DNA of 64,000 nt from Octopus sinensis (Eukaryota). Below the pieces are notes generated by a model. The model was given only the letters and a program-made list of their open reading frames with translations. It searched no databases and had not been told where the DNA came from. Of this stretch, positions 1 to 13,265 are shown one piece after another. Both the position numbers and the translations under genes were made by a program. Every line of letters starts with the position of its first letter. Within the stretch, counting starts at the first letter, position 1. The stretch is from NCBI RefSeq assembly GCF_006345805.1, contig NC_043010.1, positions 27,342,001-27,406,000 of the forward strand, read 5' to 3'.

Positions 1-98
1 GAAGAAGAAGAAGAAGAAAAGAAGAAGAAGAAGAAGAAGAAGAAGAAGAAGAAGAAGAAGAAGAAGAAGAAAAGACGAAGAAGACGAAGAAGAAGAAG
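1..98. repeat. (GAA)n microsatellite
   Basis: Directly visible trinucleotide run. Confidence 0.95.
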
Positions 99-1807
99 AT
101 CTTCGAACCAGATAATTAGCCAGATATAAATTTCCTTCACACCGGAAGTGTAGCCATCAATTCCTCACAAACTGAACAAAGCCAACCTGACGCCTGCGCA
201 ACAAGTTGTTCATTTCTTTCTGTGTCATTCGAACGCTATGCTTGTTTCTCCACCACTTAATTTCATCTGAGGAATGCCTCTGTGTATGAAACTCTGAGTA
301 AAGGCCTGACGGTAAAATGCGCGATATATTTACTGCGTTCGTTGTGGTTACGTTTGGAAAGTTATTTTGTAAATGGAAATAAACATTCAGCAAATAGAAA
401 TAAACTCAGAGACGATATGTAAGTGGGTTAGAGAGTTTGTGTGCGTGTGTGTGTGGTGTCTTTGTGTGTGTATTTGAGCGAACGTGTATGTATATGTGTG
501 TTTGTTTGTGTGCATATGTTTTTTTCTGGGTGTGTATGCGAGAATATGGGTGCGTGCGTGTGCGTGTATCTGTTTGTGCATGTGTGTTTGTATGTGTATG
601 TGTTAGTGTGTTTGAGAGAGTGAGCGTTAGTGTAGGTTTATGTGTATGCGGGATTGTGTGCGTGGACACGAGTACGGATATGAATGTGTGCGCGTATGTG
701 CGTGGACACACACACACACACACACATTCACACGCAGATGTCATTCTTGTCTTTATCAATTGTTTAATTTCCATTGGGACAGTTATATTCGCAGAGTCAG
801 TTTGTAAGGACGGCGACGATGAAGTTGACAAGGACGACGACGGGGGAAGACAACTCCGACGACGATGAGGGACGATCACAATATTGACGATGTCTGCGAC
901 AGCGATGATGATGATGATGATGATGACGACGACGACGAGGATGCGATGGTGGCGGCGACGACGACGATGATTACTATGCGAAGATAATGATTATCTTCTC
1001 AAGACAAACCCAAAATTAGAAGCAAACAAACAAACAACAACAGCAATAGCAAAATAACCATTACAATTGATCCCTATAGATTTGGGTTGAGGTAGGAGAC
1101 ATCACTTTCACTCGAAACAGTCCCCTTTTCATACATTATGATATGCCCTCTGACAAATCGGTCAAAATCAAAACGCATAGCGCATACCTGCCACAAACGG
1201 CACAACCGCCACCCTCCATTTTTACCCCCGGTTTTCAGTCAACGTTAAATTGGTGAACCACATCCTTCGTTTTCATCAGAAACTTCTTTTACCTAGGGCT
1301 GCCCATACATTACAATGTTTAGCAGGGTTCGCTCATACTTTACCATATTTTGTTGGAAAAAACAACATTGCAATGTTATTATCAATCCGAATAAGTTTGA
1401 TGCACTTTCGAACTGGGGAACAAGCTACGCACTGCGTTTTGTCAGGGAGAATATATCTCGCTTGTAGACAGTTCGAACGTGCATCAAGCATATTCGAGCT
1501 GATAATAACATTGCAATTTTACTTATCACTGCTTAGCGTTCCTCCTTCGTTATTTATTTATGCTGAGTCGCCGTATAGCGCAACCCAGTCACCGTACGAT
1601 GACTAGAAAATGTTTGGCCTTGTGCTTGCGTTAGAAACTATATTTATTATAAATTAAACTGGTAGATTCGTTAAAAAGTCAGAGGAAATGCTTTCAGACA
1701 CATGCATATACACACATTGTTTACACCAAATTTTCAAATCTGCTTCTTTCTCTCCTTGTTTCTCCTGCTCAAGGCGGTGAGCTGGCAGAATCGTCAGTGA
1801 ATGAGAG

Positions 1808-2115
1808 TGAACGCGTGGTTTAGTGGTTAGCATACTCGGCTCACGATTTTTAGGTCGTGTGTTCGATTCTCGGTTTTGCGTTGTGTCGCTTTATTTCACC
1901 TTGCTTTAGTCCACTCAACTGTCAATAATGAGCTGTACCTGTATTTCAAAGGGCCGGCCTTGTCACATTGTGTCCTGTTGACTCCCACTGAGGACTACGT
2001 TAAGGGTACGCGTGTTTGAGGAATGCTCAGCTGCTTGTACGTTAATTTCACGAGCAGGCTGTTCTGATGATCGAATCAACTAGAAAACTCGTCATCGTAA
2101 CCGATGGAAGACCCA
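1808..2115 (+). mobile_element. tRNA-derived SINE, family D (diverged copy)
   Basis: A-box-like TGGTTTAGTGG and B-box GTTCGATTC. The body recurs at ~43790-44080 (-), ~48245-48370 (-) and as a head fragment at ~62335-62440. Confidence 0.8.
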
Positions 2116-2157
2116 TTTAGGGAATCGGATAAAATACTGAGTCGTATTTTTCCCATC

Positions 2158-2460
2158 GTGGAGGCGCAATGGCCCAGTGGTTAGGGCAGCGGACTTGTGG
2201 TCAGCGGATCGCGGTTTCGATTCCAAGATCGGGCGTTGTGTGTGTTTATTGAGTGAAATCACCTAAAGCTCCGCGAGGTTCCGGCAGGGGATGATGGCTA
2301 CCCCTTGTTGTACTCTTTCACCCCAACTTTCTCTCACACTTTCTTCCTGTTTCTTGAGTAGCTTGGTGTCCCGCCCAGCTGGGAGGAACACATACGACAT
2401 AGAAACCGTGAAACCGGGCCATGAGCCTGGCTAGGCTTGAAAAGGGCGCATGAATAAAAA
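2158..2460 (+). mobile_element. tRNA(Arg-like)-derived SINE, family B
   Basis: Head GGAGGCGCAATGGCCCAGTGGTTAGGGC...TTTCGATTCC. Homologous copies at 28442-28755 (+) and 30987-31292 (-). Confidence 0.85.
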
Positions 2461-2529
2461 TAAATTTCTCCTATCACACTCTAAAATCTCTGCCAGCGCG
2501 CTGCCCTCTAAGCAGATCTTATAATGATC

Positions 2530-2920
2530 TCTACTAGAGGGGTCTAGTAGGGGAGGGGTCTAATCGATTGCATCGACCACGTTAGTCAACTGGTACCTAT
2601 TTCATCGATCACGAAGGATGAAAGGTAAAATCGATGTCGATGGAATTCGAACTCAGAACATAATGACAGACGAAATGCTGCTAAAGATTTTTTCCGGAGT
2701 GCTAACGATTCTGCCAGCTCGCCGCCTTAAGCAGATCTTGTAATACTTTCAAACGTTGGTGCGAGGCCAGCAATTTTAGCGAGGTAGTCGATTACATTGA
2801 CCCCACTCCCCAGTTCTCAGCTGGTACGTGATTTTATCGACCCTGCAGAGATGAAAGGCAAGGCTGATCTCAGTATGATTTGAACTCAGATCGTAAAGAG
2901 TCGAAAGAAATACCGTAAAG
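2530..2920 (-). mobile_element. two family C SINE copies
   Basis: Reverse complement of GGCGGCGAGCTGGCAGAATCGTTAGC...TGAGTTCAAATTCC...CCTTTCATCCTT...AAGTACCAGTT. Confidence 0.8.
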
Positions 2921-2928
2921 GCATATAT

Positions 2929-2964
<36 letters not shown>

Positions 2965-2970
2965 ATGTGT

Positions 2971-3006
<36 letters not shown>

Positions 3007-3218
3007 GGTGTGTCTGTGTTTATCCCACCCTACCATCGCTTGACAACCGATGTTGGTGTGTTTACGTCCCCGTAACTTAACGGTTCCTCAAACGAGGGAA
3101 CGATAGAATAAGTACTAGGCTTACAATGAATAAGTTCTGGGGTTGATTTGTTCGACTAATGGCCGGAGTCAAATGATTAAAACAATAAAGAATAAAAGAA
3201 TATATATATATATATATA

Positions 3219-3544
3219 AGTTCAGCAAATTAGATTCAAATGAATATGGTACTTAAATGCACCAGAATTTTGTATGGTGTTATCCATATAAATCCATGGG
3301 GTGATTATAATCAAAATAAGCAACAAGAATATCTTCGGTAGTTTGGTACGATCGTTTCACGCTACATCATTTTATTAAATATTGTAAGTATTACAACAGT
3401 TTTAGAATGTTGAGCAATCATCAGCCATTTATAGAGGTTTTCAACATTTTAAAACTGTCGTAATACTTACAATATTTAATAAAATGATGTAGCGTGAAAC
3501 GATCGTACCAAATTACCGAAGATATTCTTGTTGCTTATTTTTAT

Positions 3545-3545
<1 letters not shown>
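3219..3545. mobile_element. PLE-type pLTR fragment with ~100-bp inverted repeat, in (TA)n
   Basis: Arms 3313-3413 and 3441-3541 are near-perfect reverse complements. (TA)n on both sides. Contains a hammerhead motif. Confidence 0.75.
3344..3427 (-). ncRNA. minimal type-I hammerhead ribozyme motif (C3-G8)
   Basis: Minus strand reads UGG-CUGAUGA-[long stem II]-GAAA-C-GAUC-GUA-CCA, with a palindromic stem III (ACGAUCGU). Confidence 0.7.
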
Positions 3546-3606
<61 letters not shown>

Positions 3607-4088
3607 GAATTTGTGAAACGATGAAAATATAATGAGTATGGGCGTGTAGGCGAAATCAGCATGAATTATTCTCACTATTTCGCTATAAAAAAAAATGAAT
3701 TTAAAATAAGAAAGCTTTTCATTAGTAACAGATATTAACGCTGAGAACTGAGAATAGTTCTGCAGTATAAATGAATGTTAAGGTAATTTTATGAAATTTT
3801 AATGAATATTTTTTACGAAATTTTATTGATAAAAAAGACAATTTATTATGAACAATTAGAATATTGGTGAGCGGGAAAAATTAATTTGCATGTTTTATTC
3901 TTTTAAAAAACAATTCTTTTATTCTTTTACTTGTTTCAGTCATTGGATTGCGGCCATGCTATTAATATATTTTGAAGGACGGTAACAAACCAACGCTGGT
4001 GCAAGACGAACACAAACATACACAAACGTTAACATACAAGCATACACCTATATACATGAACATATATATACATATATATGTGTAATAT

Positions 4089-4148
<60 letters not shown>

Positions 4149-4220
4149 ATATATATGTATATATATGTTCATGTATATAGGTGTATGCTTGTATGTTAAC
4201 GTTTGTGTATGTTTGTGTTC

Positions 4221-4285
<65 letters not shown>

Positions 4286-5319
4286 AAAGTAAGATAGGGG
4301 TTGTGAATGTAACCCACTATGGGATATCAATTATCCAATATACAGTTGCTAAATTACCAAAATTCTTAATACACAAATGTTTTTAAGTGCAATGCAATTA
4401 ATTCATTTATTGTATTAAATGGGTGAAGGTAAAAAAAATTTTTACCGTAAATTTATAACACAAATAAGAAAATGGAGAAACAAATTCAACTCGTTCATCA
4501 ACTTACGGATAGGAAATATATACAAAAAATACCATACCTCCAACCCACAGTTTACACAGGTAGAGTAGAATAGTTAGTGGACTGTTAGGTAGATAAATGT
4601 ATGTATGTGAGTGTGTGTGTATGCCTTTTTTTTAATCATTATTATTTTTTTGTTTTTGTTATATTTTTTTATTTTTTATATATTTTTAAATTTTTTATTT
4701 ACTTTTTATTTTTTTTATTTTTATTTTTTGTTTCTGTATGTAAGCATTTAGATGTGTAAATAAACAATTTTACATTGTTTATTCATTTTACAAATGAGAA
4801 CATCATAAACAATGTAAATTTTAATATCCGTAAGTTGATGAATTTGTTTCTCCATCTTCTTATTTGTATTATATATATTTCGTTTTGGGATTTGGTTTGC
4901 AAAATTCTTTATATGAGTTCGTGTGTTGAAGCATATTCTGTTGTGTCTGGGGACACAAAAGGAAAATGACTCTCCCCGGACACAACAGTATATATATATA
5001 TATACTTCACTTTCATCGCGACCTATATATATACATACAGTTACGGCTGCAAAGGTTTGTTTCAAAGTAGAAAACAAAGGAACACCTAGATGTGTATACA
5101 ATCCTAGTTGTATTTGTAAAGTATAATTGTTTATTAAATTTATATTAAATTTAATATCTATTTTAAATTATATTTAATTAATCCTATTACCTATATACGA
5201 AATGAAACGAAAACAGGTTAAATGTGTATGGAATACAAAAAGAATATCGACGTCGATAAAGCATATTATGTCCTGTTATTTGTCCAGAAATCATTCTGAA
5301 ACCTACAAATCTAAATAAT

Positions 5320-5382
<63 letters not shown>

Positions 5383-5383
<1 letters not shown>

Positions 5384-5746
5384 TGCATCTCTGATCACGA
5401 GCAGAAGTAGTGGGGGAGCATCATAGCCATGTGTTGAGAGGGATTCTTTGGGATTTGAATAAATCACCTCTGGAAACATGGGTGGTTCTTTCAACATCCT
5501 TAAACAACTCTTATTCAGGGACCTTTTGAGCGGGATGGGCTACTCAACCTGAAGAAAATTCTAACTGGGCCCCACCTGCAAGGTCATGTGCTGTTTAGCT
5601 TGATATGAGATCACAATATCGCGCACATATGGTTGTGATGCATGTGCCTGGTGTACCCTTATCAGACGGGTAGTCATGATGGGTATATTGGGCTTCGTAT
5701 ATTTTACCCCAGTGTCACTTTGATGGCATGAACTGTTCTCTCACTC
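5383..5746 (+). mobile_element. (AAT)n-flanked retroelement 3' fragment, copy 1
   Basis: Closely similar to 8171-8531, with the same 3' end (CTCTCACTC) running into (AAT)n and a different 5' end. Confidence 0.75.
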
Positions 5747-5804
<58 letters not shown>

Positions 5805-5861
5805 GTAATTATAATAATATTAATAATAACAATAATAAAAATAAAAACAACAACAACAACA

Positions 5862-5928
<67 letters not shown>

Positions 5929-5935
5929 TAATAAT

Positions 5936-7909
5936 AGCCTACCACATAGCTGGATAAAGAAATGCCTGGAAATGTATAAAATAGCGCCTACTCTGCGAAA
6001 CTTTTTGCCTGTAAGTATGAGATCATGGAGAACCGCACTAACTTTGAACAGTGACGATGAATCTCTAAATGCTGGTGATGTAAAAATTTCATGTGGCATT
6101 TTCCAGGGCGACTTACTATCACCACTCCTCTTTTGTTTAGCCTTAATGCCTGTCTCAAAATTGCTCAATGACGCACAGTACGGATATAAAATGTTGGATA
6201 AAAATATAAATCATCTCATTTACATGGATGATTTAAAGCTCTTTGCAAAAAATGACCAACAACTCAAGGGCTTACTAACGACTGTTAAACAATTCAGTGA
6301 TGACATCAGAATGCAATTTGGCCTCGATAAATGTGCAAAAGCTACTTTTATCAAAGGAAAAATGACAGAAACATCTAACGTTTACCTCGACCAGCAGAAT
6401 GTCAGCGGAAAGCTACAAGTACCTAGGAGTAATTGAAGGAGAAGGAATAAAGTATTCATTGATGAAGGAAAGGATGAGGAGAAAATGTTATCGCAGAGTA
6501 AGAGCAATACTCAAGACAGAGCTGAATGCAAGAAACAGGATCGAAGCAATCAATGCTTTAGCCATACCAGTCGTGACTTACAGTTTCAAAATCGTTAACT
6601 GGTCAATTACTGAAATATGTAATCTTGACAGAAAAATACGAAAACTGTTGACAATGTATAGAATGCACCACCCTAAGGCAGATATAGATCGACTTTATCT
6701 ACCAAGAAAAGAGGGGGGCCGTGGGCTTTTACAACTGGCAATAACAATGAAGATTGCTACAATTGGCCTAGACACCTATCTGAAAAACTCTGAGGACTGG
6801 ATGTTAAAACTTGTCTCAAAACATGAAAACAAGAAAGCATCATACTCAGTAACAAAACAGGCAAAGGAATATCTAAGTGAATTCCGAATACAACAAATTC
6901 CGGAATTAGACATACAAGAAACAAGCACAGAAAAAGCTAAGCGCATGAAAACCCGTGCTAAAACTGCTGCCTTAGATATTCTGAGTGATAAATGGCAAGA
7001 AAAACCTCTCTATGGCAAATACCCAAAGAGAGCGAATAATGCAGATGTTGACAAAGCCCTGACCCATCAATGGCTAATGGCCTCCGGCTTAAAATCTGAA
7101 ACAGAAGGGTTTATCATAGCAGCTCAAGATCAATACCTACCAACAAGGAACTACCAGGCCAACATATTAAAGAACGGCAGTAGCCCAACATGTCGTGTAT
7201 GTCAATAACAAATGAAACCATTGATCATGTTGTCTCCAAGTGCAGTCTTCTAGCACCTACAGAGTATCTCAACAGGCATGATAGAGCTGCACAATATATT
7301 CACTGGGTAATCTGCAAAAACTTGGATTTGCCCCATGAAAAAAACTGGTGGGAACACAAACCACCTCCAGTGAAAATGACCACATCTCACTCCTCTGGAA
7401 CTTTCCCATTCAAACTGACAGAAAGATAGATGCAAATAGGCCAGACATCATATTGAAAAACTTCAGACAAAAAACATGCCTCCTCATTGATATGACTGTC
7501 CCAATCGATATAAACGTATCTGTCAAGACCGACCAAAAACTGAGCAAATATAAAGATCTTGAAATAGAAATCAGCAAATTGTGGAACCTGAAGACTAAAA
7601 CAATACCTGCTGACCACTACCTAACTCAGATACCAGGAAACCCCAAAATGGCAGAAATTCAAAAGATAGTGCTCAGGGGAACTGCTCATATCCTACGCAA
7701 AATACTTTCTATGTAATCTCAAGTTTTAAAACAAAAATAATTTTCTTTTTTTTCTTTTTTTTAGGCATTCACTTGCACAACACTAAATACAAAACCAAAT
7801 ATATGGCACACTAGGCATAACAACAATACGAACTTCCAGCCTGTTGTCTCTTGAGGTCACTGGGTGAGACTTGGAGCCAACTTGTACAAATATAAAACAA
7901 AAGTCAAAC

Positions 7910-7912
<3 letters not shown>
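5936..7912 (+). mobile_element. 5'-truncated R4/Dong-clade non-LTR retrotransposon (RT + RLE), frameshifted
   Basis: ORFs 5972-6436, 6399-7208, 7190-7429 and 7348-7716 give GIFQGDLLSPLLF, YMDDLKL, CRVC..ETIDHVVSKC, RHD, RPDII..DMTVP..KLSKYKDL. (AAT)n on both flanks. Confidence 0.9.
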
Positions 7913-7979
<67 letters not shown>

Positions 7980-7980
<1 letters not shown>

Positions 7981-8531
7981 TCCTGATGCAGTACCAGACA
8001 GTGGCTCTCATTGCTCCTGATCTTAACTGATTGGAAATGTTATCATGTACATTGTTTTGTCTTGGCATAAAAGATGGGCTACAGCAAATATTCCGCTCAA
8101 TACCACAGATTTGCTTGTCAGTTGTTTGACCTTAACCAGTTGACCATGTCCCTTAGTGGCTGACGATATATGCATCTCTGATCACGAGCAGAAGTAGTGG
8201 GGGAGCATCATAGCCATGCGTTGAGAGGGATTCTTTGGGGTTTGAATAATTCACCTCTGGAAAAAAGTGTTTCGTTCAACATCCTTAAACAACCCTTATT
8301 CAGGGACCTTTTGAGCGGGATGGGCTACTCGACCAGAAGAAAATTCTAACTGGGCCCCACCTGCAAGGTCATGTGCTGTATATCTTGATATGAGATCACC
8401 ACGTCGCGCACATATGGTTGGGATGCATGTGCCTGGAGTACCCTTATCAGACGGGTTGTCATGATGGGTATACTGGGCTTCGTATATTTTACCCCAGTGT
8501 CACTTTGACGGCATGCACTGCTCTCTCACTC
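7980..8531 (+). mobile_element. (AAT)n-flanked retroelement 3' fragment, copy 2 (longer)
   Basis: Homologous to 5383-5746 and bounded by (AAT)n/(ATC)n. Confidence 0.75.
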
Positions 8532-8580
8532 AATCATTATCATCCTCCTCCTCCTTCTCCTCCTCATCATCATCATCATC

Positions 8581-8630
<50 letters not shown>

Positions 8631-9106
8631 AATAGATAAAATACAATAATAAAATTCATTGTCAACATCTGCAGGGTTTGAATAAAGGTAAAGTGTCGCA
8701 GCAAATACCGTCACACGATTTTACAATGTTCAAACGATTCAGACGGTTCACTATTCTAAACAGAAGAAACTAAAATAAATAAAATAATTGATTCTGATTT
8801 AGGCACAAGACCACCTCATGAATAAAGGAACGTTTTTCTTTGTATTAAACAATTGTCTCTGCCGTCATCTAAATTAAGTCACACATAATTAATTTCTGGT
8901 GAAGAAGTCTCTATGGATAAGTTGCCAACTGATATTTTCATTTGTTTATGTCATTACTTCGGACAAACGTATACATATGCGTGTGTGTGTGTGTGTGTGT
9001 ATGTGAGAGAGAGAGATGAGTGTTTGTATGTATTTGTTGGTGTGTGTGTGTGTGCGAACGCGCTTTGTGTGTATACACACACACACACACACACCACACA
9101 CACACA

Positions 9107-9154
<48 letters not shown>

Positions 9155-10080
9155 AAATCCGAATGGAGTAACATCCAGACCCCATTCAGGAGGACCATTC
9201 TATAACCACCCCTCTCTCTCTCGTTTACATGTAATCCTTACATACATGTTGCAACGCGTGGTGCTAAAACACTTATGTGCAATTATATATAACTGTATGA
9301 GCGTACGTTGTTTGATACGTATGTGCGTGTGTGGTGCTATAAAAAAATGCACATGCATGCACAAATGAGTATGTATGGATGTATGTATGTATTGTATATG
9401 TATGCGTTTATACATGTATAAAATAAATAAAAAAAAGAGCAAATATAATACATGTTCGATTTTTAACCGTTGCCCTTGTATACTGTGTCGTATTTTGTAT
9501 GTATGTGTGTGTGTGTGCGTATATATGTTTATGCGTGTGTGTGTGTATGTGTGTAATAGAACATAAGTATGTAGAAGTGGATAAGCATATATGTGTATAT
9601 AATTTAAGATTATAAGTATATTTATGAGTGTGTCTATATGATTGTGTGTACTTGTGTATATGTGCACAGTTGCACCTAAACGTTGTATCCATTCACAGTT
9701 AGACGATAATGAGAGGAACAAACACACGCCCACACATATATATGTGTGTGCGTCTATACAAACATATGTGTGTATATATACAACCTTCAACAAAGTAAGT
9801 CATGTACACAACTTTCACGGACACATACCAGTACACGGACATACGTTCACATGCACATACACATGTACACACACAGACGCGTCTGCCCATTCTCCTAGAT
9901 ACTCACATACATACGTAGCACATGAGTACAAACATACATACATACCTGCGTATAGGCATACCCACGTACATAGGCATGTACATGTACGCACACACATACA
10001 TACGCACATGCGTACGCACGTGCATACACACATACATACATACATACATACATACATACACACATACATACGTATATATA

Positions 10081-10655
10081 TATATAACCTGAACTAACTA
10101 GATGTAAGGGAGAAAAGAATAAAAAAGATAAGTAATAGTAAAACAAAAGTTTTGTGATATAGAGATAAATGTCTGATAATAGGTTTTAGAGTTTTGTTTT
10201 GGGGGTGAGGGTCGTAAATCACTTCCTAGTTTCGGCGGGGGAGGTTGAAATTTGATATTGTTGTGATGAGTGGTCAGTCTACATCTATCCATCACTACAG
10301 GTTTATAGCTTTAAGTTTATAGTGTGTGTGTGCGTGCATATACATACATACATACATAAATACACACATACATACTATATATATATATAACCTGAACTAA
10401 CTAGATGTAAGGAGAAAAGAATAAAAAAGATAAGTAATAGTAAAACAAAAGTTTTGTGATATAGAGATAAATGTGATAATAGGTTTTAGAGTTTTGTTTT
10501 GGGGGTGAGGGTCGTAAATCACTTCCTAGTTTCGGCGGGGAGTTGAATTTGATATTGTTGTGATGAGTGGTCAGTCTACATCTATCCATCACTACAGGTT
10601 TATAGCTTTAAGTTTATAGTGTGTGTGTGCGTGCATATACATACATACATACATA
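10081..10655. repeat. ~303-bp tandem duplication
   Basis: Units start at 10081 and 10384 and differ essentially only by short indels. Confidence 0.9.
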
Positions 10656-10796
10656 CATACATACACACAGGCGTACGTACGTACATATACACATACATGC
10701 ATGCATGCATACATGCGTGTATACATACATACACACATATATACGTGCATATATATAACGAACTAACTGTTACTTTCTCAGATGCAGCACGGATTT

Positions 10797-10844
10797 TTGT
10801 CAGTGAATAGGTCGCGGTCTTATAGCGACGAAAATATTTTGACA
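10797..10844 (+). ncRNA. hammerhead-like motif (G3 family; G3-U8 in this copy) within PLE-type fragment 10757-10930
   Basis: UGUCA-GUGAAUA-G-GUCGC-ggucuuaua-GCGAC-GAAA-AUAU-UU-UGACA. Same family as 29234-29281, with a different loop II and an identical stem II. Confidence 0.6.
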
Positions 10845-12013
10845 TATTAAACCTAAATGTTGAAGTAAATCGAACGGCTTTTGTGTGTTTCTTAAATGGC
10901 TTACAAACACCTTCCACGCTGCAATTGTTTTATATATATATATACATATACAAAAAACACATATATAAATATGTATGTACACACACACACATTCACACAT
11001 TCACACACACACACTCACACTCATATACATATATACCTGCATACACACACACATAACTCTATGCGTATACGTAAAATTACGAATGAGAGTTACGCATCTC
11101 TCATGATTTTACAGTGTAAATGGATTATATAAGTTCCTCTATGTCATTGATTATCATTCTTTTTAATGAAATGTGTGTTAATTGATGTATGTAAATAATT
11201 CATAAACTTTTCTCTTTTGGTATGTTTTTCTACACATACACACACACGCACGTACACACATACATACATACATACACACACCACATACATACATGCATAC
11301 ATGCATACATGCATACATGTATACACACACGTGTGTGTGTGTTGTATCGCAGTACACCATTTGTGCAACCTTACTGTTCAAACATGGTGTTTGTTGTGCA
11401 TCGTGGCTTGTGTATGAGCGGTCTCTTTTTGCAAGTCATAATAACTTTGTTACAATTTGTATATCAATTGCTCTCTATATGATAAGATGCAAATTCGAAG
11501 TAAAATAAAAAAGAAAAGGACAATGACACGCATAGCCATTCAAGGAAAAATGGTTGCAAAAACCCGAATGTAAGCATTCGCTCCCACGAGGTTAAAATGG
11601 TAAAGAAACTCCGTACAGTGAATGCTGCAATGTTACTCTTTACTCTTTACTCTTTTACTCTTTTACTCTTTGAGAAATGCAAATAAATCCGTGTTGATGC
11701 ATCGCAAAAATATTTTGTGAAATATAAGAAATGCTTTGATGTGGCTAAATCTAGAGTTGATGTTTCTCAAGTTATGGCGGAAGAAGAAGTCAAGGGAGAA
11801 TGAACACAGTTAAAAGGAACAGCTTATTGCTGGGGACTTTGTAGAAATGTTCCCTTTGAAAATGTCCGTCATCATCTTACGAGATGTGAGAGGGCACCAT
11901 CGAAATGGGAAATTATTAATAAAAAAGAGAAAAACCTTTGTGTTATTCAGGATAGAATATGTTCTTGTGGGAATAAGTAGCGATAACGGATAAAACTCTG
12001 TGGAGTGGCAGTG

Positions 12014-12176
12014 TAGGCGAAGGAGTGGCTGTGTGCTAAGTAGCTTGCTTACCAAACACCTGGTTCCGGGTTCAGTCCCACTGCGTGGCACCTTGGACAA
12101 GTGTCTTCAACTATAGCCTCGGTCGACCAAAGCCTTATGAGTGGATTTGGTAGACGGAAACTGCAAGAAGCCCGTC

Positions 12177-12242
<66 letters not shown>

Positions 12243-12270
12243 ATATATATATATATATATACATACATAC

Positions 12271-12309
<39 letters not shown>

Positions 12310-12510
12310 TCACCCCCAACATCGCTTGACAACCGATGCTGGTGTGTTTACGTCCCTGTCACTTAGCAGTTTGGCAAAAGAGACCGATAGAATAAGTACT
12401 AGGCTAACAAAGAATAAGTCCTGGGTTCTATTTGCTCGGCTAAAGGCGGTGCTCCAGCATGGCCACAGTCAAATGACTGAAACAAATAAAAGAAAAAAAA
12501 GAAAAAGAAC
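12014..12510 (+). mobile_element. family A tRNA-derived SINE with internal (TA)n(TG)n
   Basis: Head AGGCG..GAGTGGCTGTG, B-box GGTTCAGTCC, CORE-like CACCTTGG.CAAGTGTCTT, tail CAGTCAAATGACTGAAACAA. Other full or partial copies near 2960-3200, 13846-14025, 14440-14670, 14914-15060, 24300-24430, 27475-27920, 34075-34220, 35538-35856 and 43518-43700. Confidence 0.9.
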
Positions 12511-12628
12511 CAGAAAAAATTTCCATCATAATTAATGAAAGTACAGACATTTCAGTTACTGAAATTTTGGTTGACGGTTGTGAGTGACACCGATATGACT
12601 AAACATCATGGCGGTTGATCATCCTGAG

Positions 12629-13265
12629 CAGAGTTTCTCAATCGGGGTCCAATATAGCTCATGGTGGTCCATGTAAGATTTTGTCGCTAAAGTTTATGTG
12701 CCAATGAATTGGTTATACTTGCAGAGGCGCAGGAGTGGCTGTGTGATAAGTAGCTTGCTTACCAACCACATGGTTTCCGGGTTCAGTCCCACTGCGTGGC
12801 ACCTTGGGCAAATGTCTTCTACTATAGCCTCGGGCCGACCAAAGTATTGTGAGTGGATTTGGTAGACGGAAACTGAAAGAAGCCCGTCGTATATATACAT
12901 ATATGCTTGTGTGTGTGAGTTTGTCGCCCCCCAACATCGCTTGACAACCGATACTTGTGTGTTTACGTCCCCGTAACATAACGGTTCGGCAAAAGAGACC
13001 GATAGAATAAGTACTAGGCTTAAAAAGAATAAGTACTGGGGTCGATTTGCTCGACTAAAGGCGGTGCTCCAGCATGGCCGCAGCCAAATGACTGAAACAA
13101 GCAGAAAAATAAAATAATAATACGTAAGATATTTGAACAATTGTTTTTTCTTTCTAGAATCCGAAATTTTTAATTATAAAAATATTTAAAAAATTTTTCA
13201 TACATTGAATGGGTTCGAGGGTTCAGTAGAGTAAAATAAAATGCAAGCATGGTTGAAAACCACTG
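12629..13265. mobile_element. hAT-like MITE interrupted by a family A SINE (12723-13110)
   Basis: Ends CAGAGTTTCTCAA and GGTTGAAAACCACTG. Internal similarity to 47996-48226. Confidence 0.6.

Noticed and set aside
157-393. 78-aa non-repetitive minus ORF
   Set aside because: No recognisable domain or supportable splice structure. It cannot be excluded as an exon without RNA data.
406-879. Minus ORF ending ...KTRMTSACECVCVC, superficially like a cystine-knot or IL-17 C-terminus
   Set aside because: The cysteines come from a (TG)n microsatellite and the upstream part from (TCG/TCA)n. No other family motifs.
5383-8531. LTR retrotransposon (direct repeats flanking an RT)
   Set aside because: The RT is non-LTR with an RLE domain, the repeats differ in length, are separated from it by (AAT)n, and there is no PBS or integrase.
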